Assembly: GCA_900234795.1 (NCBI GenBank)
Contig: LT962688.1
Span: forward strand, 1,530,001 to 1,562,000
Reading direction: 5' to 3'
Length of the DNA stretch: 32,000 bases
DNA from: Methylorubrum extorquens
GTDB lineage: Bacteria > Pseudomonadota > Alphaproteobacteria > Rhizobiales > Beijerinckiaceae
Each line of letters starts with the position of its first letter. Positions within the stretch are counted from its first letter, which is position 1. Under the pieces are notes generated by a model that searched no databases, was not told the origin of the DNA, and saw only the letters and a program-made list of their open reading frames with translations. Below, one piece after another: positions 1 to 6,713 of the stretch. A program made the translations under genes and the position numbers.

Positions 1-401
1 AGCGGCGTGTCGACGAAGACTTCGAGGAAGGGAATGTCTCCCGCTATCGTCCGCGCCGCCGCGCGTTCAGCGCGGAAGGGCGATATCAGTGAGACGATCA
101 CCACAAGCCCCGTCTCCGCCATCAGCCGCGCGGCTTCGGCGGCGCGGCGGATGTTCTCCACCCGGTCGGCTGCCGTGAAGCCGAGGTCGCGGCTTAGGCC
201 CTGACGCAGGTTGTCGCCATCAAGCACCATGGTGCAGCGGCTGATTTCGGTCAGCGCACGATCGGTTGCGTCGGCGATGGTCGATTTGCCGGCTCCGGAC
301 AGTCCGGTTAGCCAAGCGATGGCTGGCCGCTGCCCCATCCGGGTCCAGCGTCGCTCCCGTGGCTGAAAAGGCTGCCGAAATACGTCAGTGCCGCTGTTCA
401 T
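1..401 (-). CDS. cysC: adenylyl-sulfate (APS) kinase, N-terminal part; the C-terminus runs off the left edge of the window
   Basis: Own minus-strand translation from ATG 401-399: MNSGTDVFRQPFQPRERRWTRMGQRPAIAWLTGLSGAGKSTIADATDRALTEISRCTMVLDGDNLRQGLSRDLGFTAADRVENIRRAAEAARLMAETGLVVIVSLISPFRAERAAART... The P-loop GLSGAGKST plus DGDNxRxGLxxDLGF and RxENIRR are APS-kinase signatures. It is absent from the ORF track because it has no stop codon in the window. Confidence 0.85.
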   Translation of the reverse strand, partial: MNSGTDVFRQPFQPRERRWTRMGQRPAIAWLTGLSGAGKSTIADATDRALTEISRCTMVLDGDNLRQGLSRDLGFTAADRVENIRRAAEAARLMAETGLVVIVSLISPFRAERAAARTIAGDIPFLEVFVDTP

Positions 402-562
402 AGCCGCTCGTAGTCCTCCTAAGCTACCATCGCAACTAGCGCGGATATTTCGCAACCCTCGTGACATCAGCGCCCGCATATTGGCGCAACAGCTTCACTC
501 CAACGCCCAGGCAGCCCGCAGAGCGTCGATCGCCTCCTGCTTCATGTCTGCGTACCCGCTGT

Positions 563-977
563 TGACCTGACCGGTATTTTGGACCGGGCCAGATGGGAGG
601 CGACTGCATGGTAGTGGCCATGGGTAGCCGGAAGGTCAGGTCCGGGAAGCTGACAGGCGCGGGCGGCCGGTAGCCCAACGACGAATGCAGCCGGACACGG
701 TTGTAGGTGTTCTGCCATAGGCCAATCACGACCTGTGCTTCTCTCAGCGAGTAGTAGATTTCCTGGAGTAGGCACTCGTCACGTAGCTTTGCTCGGAGAC
801 ATCCGCCTCCTTGCACGCGACAGCGACGCTCTTGCCTTGCGCCGTCTGTACCTCGATCTGGCGCAGCATCAGCACGACCTTCTCCGCGCTCGGCCTCTGT
901 CCTCGCTTCATTCCCAACTCCTCTGATCCAGGCTGATCCTCTCAATCGGTCCGGCCCAAAGCCAGCCGGTCAGGTCA
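563..977 (-). mobile_element. internally deleted IS3-family insertion sequence (about 415 bp, non-autonomous) with both terminal inverted repeats retained
   Basis: Inverted repeats: plus 563-590 TGACCTGACCGGTATTTTGGACCGGGCC against the reverse complement of 950-977 TGACCTGACCGGCTGGCTTTGGGCCGGA. The first 12/12 nt are identical, and TTTGG.CCGG is then shared. Inside, minus-strand ATG 911 gives MKRGQRPSAEKVVLMLRQIEVQTAQGKSVAVACKEADVSEQSY, an OrfA-type HTH N-terminus. Near 780-790 this switches frame into ..ECLLQEIYYSLREAQVVIGLWQNTYNRVRLHSSLGYRPPAP, the C-terminal end of an IS3 OrfB integrase core. The catalytic DDE region is missing. Confidence 0.8.
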
Positions 978-1023
978 AGGGCGGACCGCACTAGTCTCAG
1001 GCTCACCTCGCTCGGAAACTGAT

Positions 1024-1644
1024 GTGGCGACGAATGATTGGGCCGTCGCTTGTGTTCAATTGCACGAGGTGACGTGGACTCTTGGGGTTTACGCTTTGGT
1101 GCGGACCGGCACGCGCTCGGGCTTGATCTGCAACGCCTCCTTCGCGCGGGAGGTCGGCAAGGCCTGGAAGGAGCTCAAGACCGAGACCACGGTGGAGGAG
1201 CGCATCGAGACCTGGACGATCGACGGCGAGGTGTTCGAGCGCCGGGTGCAGGTCCCCGTGATCAAGCGGGTGGCGATCTTCCACCGGAAGGCGATCGCGA
1301 AGGAGGCCAAGAAAAACAAGCAGGCCCGGATGCCCGATTGCCTCGTCAACCAACTCTGGCGCTGGCACCACAAGCTCGGTCAGCGCTACGTCGTCGAGTG
1401 GCAGGACAAGCCGGTGGGATCGAAGAAGCGATCCGTCGCAAACCTCTGCTACGACCTCGGCTTCGGCGACGACGTCGTCCGGCACACGGCGGTGACGTGG
1501 GGCATGCAGGCCGGAACCGACATCCGGGAACTGGCTGGCTTTATCGGCATGACGGTCGAGAAGCGGTACGGGCACCACTCGGACGCATACATGAAAGGCG
1601 CGCGGAAGGCTCTCGGCGGACGGCGACTTAAGCAAGCCGCCTGA
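1024..1644 (+). pseudogene. 5'-truncated tyrosine recombinase (phage/island integrase), C-terminal catalytic half only
   Basis: ..LVRTGTRSGLI.. (catalytic Arg box), ..YVVEWQDKPVGSKKRS.., ..VVRHTAVTWGMQAGTDIRELAGFIGMTVEKRYGHHSDAY (RHT box and terminal YGHH Tyr box) match tRNA-associated alphaproteobacterial integrases. The N-terminal core-binding domain is absent. The usual HxLRHT motif reads DVVRHT, so the His is lost. It converges on the 3' end of tRNA-Pro 120 bp away and abuts the IS3 remnant. Confidence 0.7.
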
Positions 1645-1763
1645 CGGCCTCGAAATCCCTGGCCGCAACGTGTGGCCGGAAGGTCAGACTGGCGAATCCT
1701 TGCACCAGCCTGTGACCGAACCTGCGGCCGGATTCTCGGGAAGACGCATTCCCTAGGGAGGAA

Positions 1764-1840
1764 TGGTCGGAGTGGCAGGATTTGAACCTGCGACCCCCAC
1801 GTCCCGAACGTGGTGCGCTACCAGACTGCGCTACACTCCG
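1764..1840 (-). tRNA. tRNA-Pro (anticodon CGG), CCA encoded
   Basis: Minus strand: CGGAGTG TA GCGC AGTCTGGTA GCGC A CCACG TTCGGGA CGTGG GGGTC GCAGG TTCAAAT CCTGC CACTCCG A CCA. This is a complete cloverleaf of 77 nt. The anticodon loop is TT-CGG-GA. Confidence 0.95.
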
Positions 1841-1869
1841 ATGCCGGCCCCCGAGGGCCGACGAGCGGG

Positions 1870-1898
1870 CTTATAGCCGGCACTTTTCGTGGTCGCAA
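1870..1898 (-). promoter_or_regulatory. candidate sigma-70 promoter for tRNA-Pro
   Basis: Minus strand reads TTGCGA (1898-1893), 17 nt, TATAAG (1875-1870). It lies about 30 nt upstream of the mature tRNA 5' end. Motif match only. Confidence 0.35.
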
Positions 1899-2029
1899 GC
1901 GAGTCGGGGCGCTTCATGGCCGTTATTGCGCAGATAGGACGGCTTTTCGCGCTCAAGATTCGGCGCATTTCAGATTAAGCTGCTGACAAAAATAGATATT
2001 TAAAAATTTTTTTTGCCCGGCGGGATCAC

Positions 2030-2868
2030 GCCAAGGCCGGGCCGTGTCCCGACGCGTCCCTCGCGAGCCGGCTCCCTATCGAGCCTGGGCGCCATGGTCG
2101 GGACGGTCGGTATCCGCGCGATCGCGTGACACCCCGTTGTTCGACCCCTGTGGTGACCGGTGATGGGCGCATCACGCTTGAGGCAGGTTTCCGGCTTGGC
2201 AGGGGCTGAACAGCGTCCGCGTCTCGCCCTGCTGCGCGATTGCTGGCGCCGTCTGCGCCACTGGCACGCGGCCGGTAAGATCGACCGGAGCCGGGTGCGT
2301 CGGGTCGAAGCCCGTCGTCACGGCCAAAGAGGGGCAGCCCTGTCAGCCGCCCGAACCCAACGGACTGAGGCATGCCGGGCACGAAGCGCCACCTCGCCAC
2401 CGAGGCGTGCGGCACGCCGCTCGGCCTGAGGCTGACGGGCGCCAATCGGCATGACGGCCCGCCGATGGCGCCCTCGTGATGCCGTGCCGTCGTGCGGCAG
2501 GCGATCATCGGCCGACAGTTCGCCGGCCTCGTCCTACCCGTGCGATGTCCCCCCGCTGCCACAAGCGCGTCCGGCTGCCCTCTGACCTCAAAGTACCCAG
2601 GTAGATGCTGGCAAATCGCCGAGCCTGGCCCAGCGCTGTGCGGCGGCAGGGCGAGGGCTGTCCGAGGGCTCGGCGTCGGTCGCAACGTCTCCACGGGCCG
2701 CCTCCGGCGCGTGCAGCCGGACTAGAGCCCGCCGGCGACGCCGGGTCTCCTTCGTCACGACAAGGTGGCTCGCAGCCATGCCTGCCGGCATTTCCGGCGA
2801 TCCATGCGGCGGAACCGGACGGCTTGGTCCGTCGAGCGGTCGGCGCTTACCTCTTGATCGCATTCTAA
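2030..2868 (+). mobile_element. degenerate IS5-family (DDE_Tnp_1-type) transposase remnant with several frameshifts and in-frame stops; boundaries approximate
   Basis: Plus-strand frames give ..LLRDCWRRLRHWHAAG.., then ..SPSSRPKRGSPVSRPNPTD*GMPGTKRHLATEACGTPLGLRLTGANRHDGPPMAPS*.. This matches the transposase pattern CWRRLRDW..GPNPTDRGKPGTKRHL..G.PL...LTGANRHD, with TGA where CGA (Arg) is expected. A weaker C-terminal trace is ..FRRSMRRNRTAW... The length of about 840 bp fits small IS5/IS427-like elements. I could not identify the terminal repeats. Confidence 0.55.
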
Positions 2869-2899
2869 AATGCGAAAGGGCGGCACGCCTGTGCCGCCC
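2865..2899 (-). terminator. Rho-independent terminator downstream of the sigma-32 gene
   Basis: Hairpin GGGCGGCAC-GCCT-GTGCCGCCC at 2878-2899. On the minus strand it is followed by TTTCGCATTTTAG. Confidence 0.75.
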
Positions 2900-2922
2900 T
2901 TGAGCAAACCTGCCTCGATCGA

Positions 2923-3796
2923 TCAGGCGTAGACGCTGCTCGGTGCCTGCGGGAACTTCTCGGCGAGCGCCCGACGCAGCTTCTCCAGGGCGCGGTTCTC
3001 GATCTGCCGGACGCGCTCCTTGGAGATGCCGAGGCGGTGGCCCAGCGCTTCCAGGGTCGCCTGATCCTCGGCGAGGCGCCGTTCCCGCAGGATCCGGAGC
3101 TCGCGTTCGGAGAGCACCGTCAGAGCCTGCCGCAGCCAGATGAGCCGCCGTTCGCCATCGACCAGGGCCGAGACCGTTTCATCGGGCAGGGCGGCGTTGT
3201 CGACCAGGAAGTCCATGCGCTCGGAGGACGCCTCGCTCTCCTCACCGACCGGAGCGTTCAGCGACATGTCGGGGCCCGACAGTCGGGCATCCATGAGCGC
3301 TACGTCCTCGCGTGAGACGCCGATCGCAGTGGCGATCCGTCCGTGGATCTCAGAGCCGACCTGCTCCTCGGTCGATTGCATCAGCCGGGCGCGCAGGCGG
3401 CGCAGGTTGAAGAACAGGGCCTTCTGCGCGGAACTCGTTCCGCCGCGCACGATCGACCAGTTGCGCAGGATGTAGTCCTGGATCGAGGCGCGGATCCACC
3501 ACGTGGCGTAGGTGGAGAAGCGGACTTCGCGCTCCGGCTCGAACCGGGCGGCGGCCTCCATCAGGCCGACATGGCCCTCTTGCACGAGATCGGCCATCGG
3601 CAGGCCGTAATGGCGGAACCGGCCGGCAAGCGCGATCACGAGGCGCATATGCGCGGAGATCAGACGGTGCAGGGCGCGCTCGTCGCGCGCTTCCTTCCAG
3701 GCCACCGCCAAACCACGCTCTTCATCCCCTCGCAAGGAACGGCGCCTCCATCGCTGTTCGAATGAACTGACGCCGCATCCCCGCGATCTCTGCCAT
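2923..3796 (-). CDS. rpoH: RNA polymerase sigma-32 family factor (RpoHII-like); as written it is interrupted by a +1 frameshift at the C4 run 3726-3729
   Basis: The body matches sigma-32: LISAHMRLVIALAGRFRHYGLPMADLVQEGHVGLMEAAARFEPEREVRFSTYATWWIRASIQDYILRNWSIVRGGTSSAQKALFFNLRRLRARL. This includes the RpoH-box-like QKALFFNLRR. The family-typical N-terminus MAEIAGMRRQFIRTAMEAPFLAR (ATG 3796, SD GAGAGG) is in another frame and stops at 3722. Deleting one C/G at 3726-3729 joins it to DEERGLAVAWKEARDE.. and gives 291 codons. The in-frame alternative start at ATG 3819 gives an atypical N-terminus. Confidence 0.85.
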
Positions 3797-3914
3797 CCCC
3801 GCCTCTCTCGTTCGAGCATTCTTGGTTCGAGCGTTTCGGATCCGCTCGCTCCGTCCCGTCGGTCGGCGACATGCCGGACAGGACCATGGGGCAAGCCCTC
3901 CGTGGCAGAGGCAC

Positions 3915-3939
3915 AACACATCCGTGCGACGCTTGTTCC
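3915..3939 (-). promoter_or_regulatory. candidate sigma-EcfG (general stress response) type promoter upstream of the rpoH-like gene
   Basis: Minus strand: GGAAC (3939-3935), N16, TGTT (3918-3915). The consensus is GGAAC-N16/17-CGTT. It sits about 120 nt upstream of ATG 3796. The -10 element is imperfect. Confidence 0.3.
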
Positions 3940-3994
3940 CTACGGGCGCGTGGCGTCGGAGGCGAAAGGGTCAAGAGCTGTACGGGCGGTGCAT

Positions 3995-4029
3995 GAAAAA
4001 AGAGGGCCCGGCGTGGCGCCGAGCCCTCT
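3995..4029 (-). terminator. Rho-independent terminator downstream of carD
   Basis: Minus strand: AGAGGGCTCGGCG-CCA-CGCCGGGCCCTCT, a stem of about 12 bp with one mismatch, followed by TTTTTT. It lies about 52 nt after the carD stop codon. Confidence 0.8.
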
Positions 4030-4080
4030 GGTTCACACATGCGAATCGTGCAGCGATCTGATTCGCTAATGGAAGCCGTC

Positions 4081-4671
4081 TCAGGCGGCCTCTTCCTGCA
4101 CGTCGTCCTCGCCCTCGGCGTCGGCTTCCGCATCGGCCTTGGCGCGGCGCGGCGATTTCGCGAGGCTCTGCTCGATCAGCTTGAGCGCTTCGGTCTCGGT
4201 GATCTTGTTCACCGAGGAGATCTCGCGCACGACGCGGTCCAGGGCGGCCTCGTAGAGCTGACGCTCGCTGTAGGACTGCTCGGGCTGGGCCTCGGAGCGG
4301 AAGAGGTCGCGCACCACTTCGGTGACCGAGATCAGGTCGCCGGAATTGATCTTGGCCTCGTATTCCTGGGCGCGGCGCGACCACATCGTGCGCTTGATGC
4401 GGGCGCGGCCGGTCAGCACGTCGAGGGCCTTCTTGACGAGTTCCGGCTCGGCGAGCTTGCGCATGCCGACGCTGTTGGCCTTCGCGGTGGGAACGCGCAG
4501 GACCATCTTGTCCTTTTCGAACGAGACGACGAACAGTTCGAGCTTGTAGCCCGCGATCTCCTGCTCTTCGATCGCGGTGATCCGCCCGACGCCGTGCGCC
4601 GGATACACGACCGCCTCGCCGGTCTTGAAGCCTTGGCGGCCTGCTACCGTCGTCTTCTTGGCTGTGGTCAT
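4081..4671 (-). CDS. carD: CarD/CdnL family RNA-polymerase-binding transcription regulator
   Basis: MTTAKKTTVAGRQGFKTGEAVVYPAHGVGRITAIEEQEIAGYKLELFVVSFEKDKMVLRVPTAKANSVGMRKLAEPE... is the canonical CarD_TRCF N-domain. It has an acidic C-tail. ATG verified at 4671-4669. Confidence 0.9.
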   Translation of the reverse strand: MTTAKKTTVAGRQGFKTGEAVVYPAHGVGRITAIEEQEIAGYKLELFVVSFEKDKMVLRVPTAKANSVGMRKLAEPELVKKALDVLTGRARIKRTMWSRRAQEYEAKINSGDLISVTEVVRDLFRSEAQPEQSYSERQLYEAALDRVVREISSVNKITETEALKLIEQSLAKSPRRAKADAEADAEGEDDVQEEAA

Positions 4672-5190
4672 GCGGAATGAGCCTCCACTGTCATCCACGC
4701 GGGGCGCGTCCACGCCCGCACGCTCGTCACCTCCGGGGCGGGACACCCGGCGCATGCCTCTGTCCGGCGGCGCGCCATCGAGGCGCTGGCCGGTTCCCGG
4801 GCTCTCGCGTTGCTCACACCACACGAAGGCATCCACCGGGAGCGAGATGCTTCCGGCGGTCGATTGCAGCCAGCCTCTTTTCCAGGAAGATGGAACTCGC
4901 TTTGAGGGCGATCAGGAGGGGCGCATCGGGCGTGAGCGACGGCGAGCCCTTATGTAACACGAACAGGCCGGCGAATCAAAGGATTGCCGGCGCGCGAGCG
5001 CGTCTCCGCAGGGGAGGATCGAAGGTTTTTCGCCAGTCGAAAAGAGCGTCGCCGGAGCTTCCGGTGGATCTTTCGAGGGAGGCCGTGGTGCGTTTGGGGT
5101 ATCACCCTGGATGAACCGCCTGCGACGAGACGCCGCCTCGGTTCCAGGGCCCGTCCCGCCGTGCTGCCCGTGGGCGCGCGGCGGAGGAGC

Positions 5191-5529
5191 TCAGTCGCCG
5201 GAGCCGGGGTTGGGCGAGAAATGGGCCTCCAGCTTGCCGCTCACGCCATCCCACTGCTTGGCGTCGGAGGGGGCGTCCTTCTTCTGGGTGATGTTGGGCC
5301 AGGTCTTGGCGTAGTCGGCGTTGAGCTTCAGCCAGCTCGCCAGATCGCCCTCGGTGTCGGGCTTGATTGCCTCGGCGGGGCATTCCGGTTCGCAGACGCC
5401 GCAATCGATGCATTCGTCGGGGTGGATGACGAGCATGTTCTCGCCCTCGTAGAAGCAATCCACGGGGCACACCTCGACGCAGTCCATGTACTTGCACTTG
5501 ATGCAGTTGTCGGTGACGACGTAGGTCAT
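5191..5529 (-). CDS. fdxA: 7Fe ferredoxin ([3Fe-4S][4Fe-4S], FdxA type)
   Basis: [55 protein letters not shown].. carries the CxxCxxxCxxxCP and CxxCxxCxxxCP cluster motifs. ATG at 5529-5527, SD AAGGA. Confidence 0.92.
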   Translation of the reverse strand: MTYVVTDNCIKCKYMDCVEVCPVDCFYEGENMLVIHPDECIDCGVCEPECPAEAIKPDTEGDLASWLKLNADYAKTWPNITQKKDAPSDAKQWDGVSGKLEAHFSPNPGSGD

Positions 5530-6008
5530 GGGCCGTTCGGTCCTTAAATCCGCTTGCCTGGGTGGGGGCTTGCCTGGGCAGGGGCGGGCGCGCTCCTCAC
5601 CGGCCCGTCGCCCGCTTGCGGATGCGATCCCCTCGTGCGGCGGTTTCAAGCGTCCCGGGCGCCGCCGCCGCCCGATTTGGAAGCGCTCTAGCCCTTGGCC
5701 GATGGGCTGACAAGCGCGCCTTGCCGCCCGCCCTCCCCTGCGCGGTGCGAAGGGTTTTTTTAGCAACGCCCCCGCCTGCGTCTTTGATCCGATGCGATCC
5801 CGCCCGGCGGCTGAAACGTGAAGTCGAAGCTGAATGTTTAGATCTGCGTAGTCTTAGTCGTTGGTTAATTTTACTGTCTTTGACAATCGAGCTTGTCCGG
5901 CAGGCAACCTTGGCCGCACTTTGTACGTCGAATGTTATGCCACGCTGAGGCCCGTGCGGGACTCGCGGCGGCGTCGAAATCGTATCGAAGTCGCGTTCCG
6001 AGGTTGTT

Positions 6009-6608
6009 ATGGCCACCCCCCTGCCCCGCTCGAGCCTGTTCCCCTCCCTTGCCGTCGCCGCCGTCTCGGTGATCGCCCTGGCCGCGCCCGCGCATGCCGG
6101 GGGCGGCTGTGTCAGCGCCGAGTGCTACCGCCGCGTCGTGACGCCGCCGGTCTACGACACCATCGCGGAGCGCGTGCTGGTCCAGCCGCCGCGCACTGTC
6201 TACCGCACCACGCCGCCGATCTACGACACGGTGTCCGAGCAGGTGCTGGTCGCCCCCGGCACGCGCCGGTGGGAGACCAGCACCGATGCCTACGGCCAGC
6301 TCGTCGGCTGCTGGGTGACCACCCCGCCGCGCTACGCGGTGCAGACCCGCCGGGTGCTGGTGCGGCCGCCGGAGGTGATCCCGCACACCGTGCCGCCGGT
6401 CTACACCACCACGCAGCGCCGGGTGCTGGTGCAGCCCGCCCGCGCCGCCTGGGTGCCCGCGGGCGGGCCCGAGTTCGGTCCTGCTCCCGGCTACGGCCCT
6501 GTCGGTGTCGGATCGATCCCGGACGCTCTCGGCATCGCCGGCGCCTCCTCCGCGGACGTGGCGGTCGGCCTCGGCTTCTCGCGGGGCAGCATCTACGACG
6601 GCTATTGA
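6009..6608 (+). CDS. secreted protein of unknown function with four copies of a PPxYxT..(E/R)(R/Q)VLVxP repeat
   Basis: Signal peptide MATPLPRSSLFPSLAVAAVSVIALAAPAHA|GGG. The repeats are VVTPPVYDTIAERVLVQPP, RTTPPIYDTVSEQVLVAPG, VTTPPRYAVQTRRVLVRPP and HTVPPVYTTTQRRVLVQPA, followed by a G/P-rich tail. Codon third positions are GC-rich, as in neighbouring genes. Confidence 0.7.
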   Translation: MATPLPRSSLFPSLAVAAVSVIALAAPAHAGGGCVSAECYRRVVTPPVYDTIAERVLVQPPRTVYRTTPPIYDTVSEQVLVAPGTRRWETSTDAYGQLVGCWVTTPPRYAVQTRRVLVRPPEVIPHTVPPVYTTTQRRVLVQPARAAWVPAGGPEFGPAPGYGPVGVGSIPDALGIAGASSADVAVGLGFSRGSIYDGY

Positions 6609-6713
6609 GGCCCGCGGCCGTGTCGGTCTCAAGCGTCGGTCTCGACCGGCGGCCTTGATTCAGGGCCGGGCCGCCGTAGCTCCCCTCCCGACATGAGACG
6701 GGAGGAGCGGACC

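Noticed and set aside
436-945. A 169-aa ORF that could be taken as an intact gene.
   Set aside because: Only its C-terminal part (..YYSLREAQVVIGLWQNTYNRVRLHSSLGYRPPAP) is real transposase sequence. The N-terminal part is an out-of-frame read-through of the OrfA remnant. It also runs through the IS inverted repeat into flanking DNA.
1717-1728. GAACCTGCGGCC lies 55 nt from the tRNA and resembles GAACCTGCGACC inside the tRNA T-arm (1784-1795), so it could be a duplicated att core.
   Set aside because: Only 9 contiguous identical bases are shared and the similarity does not extend on either side. This is too short to distinguish from chance.
2026-2694. A 222-aa minus-strand ORF and several 77-91-aa ORFs between tRNA-Pro and rpoH.
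   Set aside because: The region is better explained as a degenerate plus-strand IS5-family transposase. The listed ORFs have no motifs and are shadow frames of it.
5861-6658. 265-aa (+) and 253-aa (-) ORFs overlapping the 6009-6608 gene.
   Set aside because: They are alternative frames of the same GC-rich region, with Arg/Pro-rich products. The frame at 6009-6608 has a proper signal peptide, a periodic repeat structure and a sensible start context.
6690-6713. Hairpin CCTCCCG-ACATGAGA-CGGGAGG that overlaps the acuI Shine-Dalgarno, as a possible riboswitch or thermosensor.
   Set aside because: It is a single 7-bp stem with no further structure or conserved motif that I can recognise. It may simply be the terminator or 3' structure of the upstream gene. 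The evidence is insufficient.
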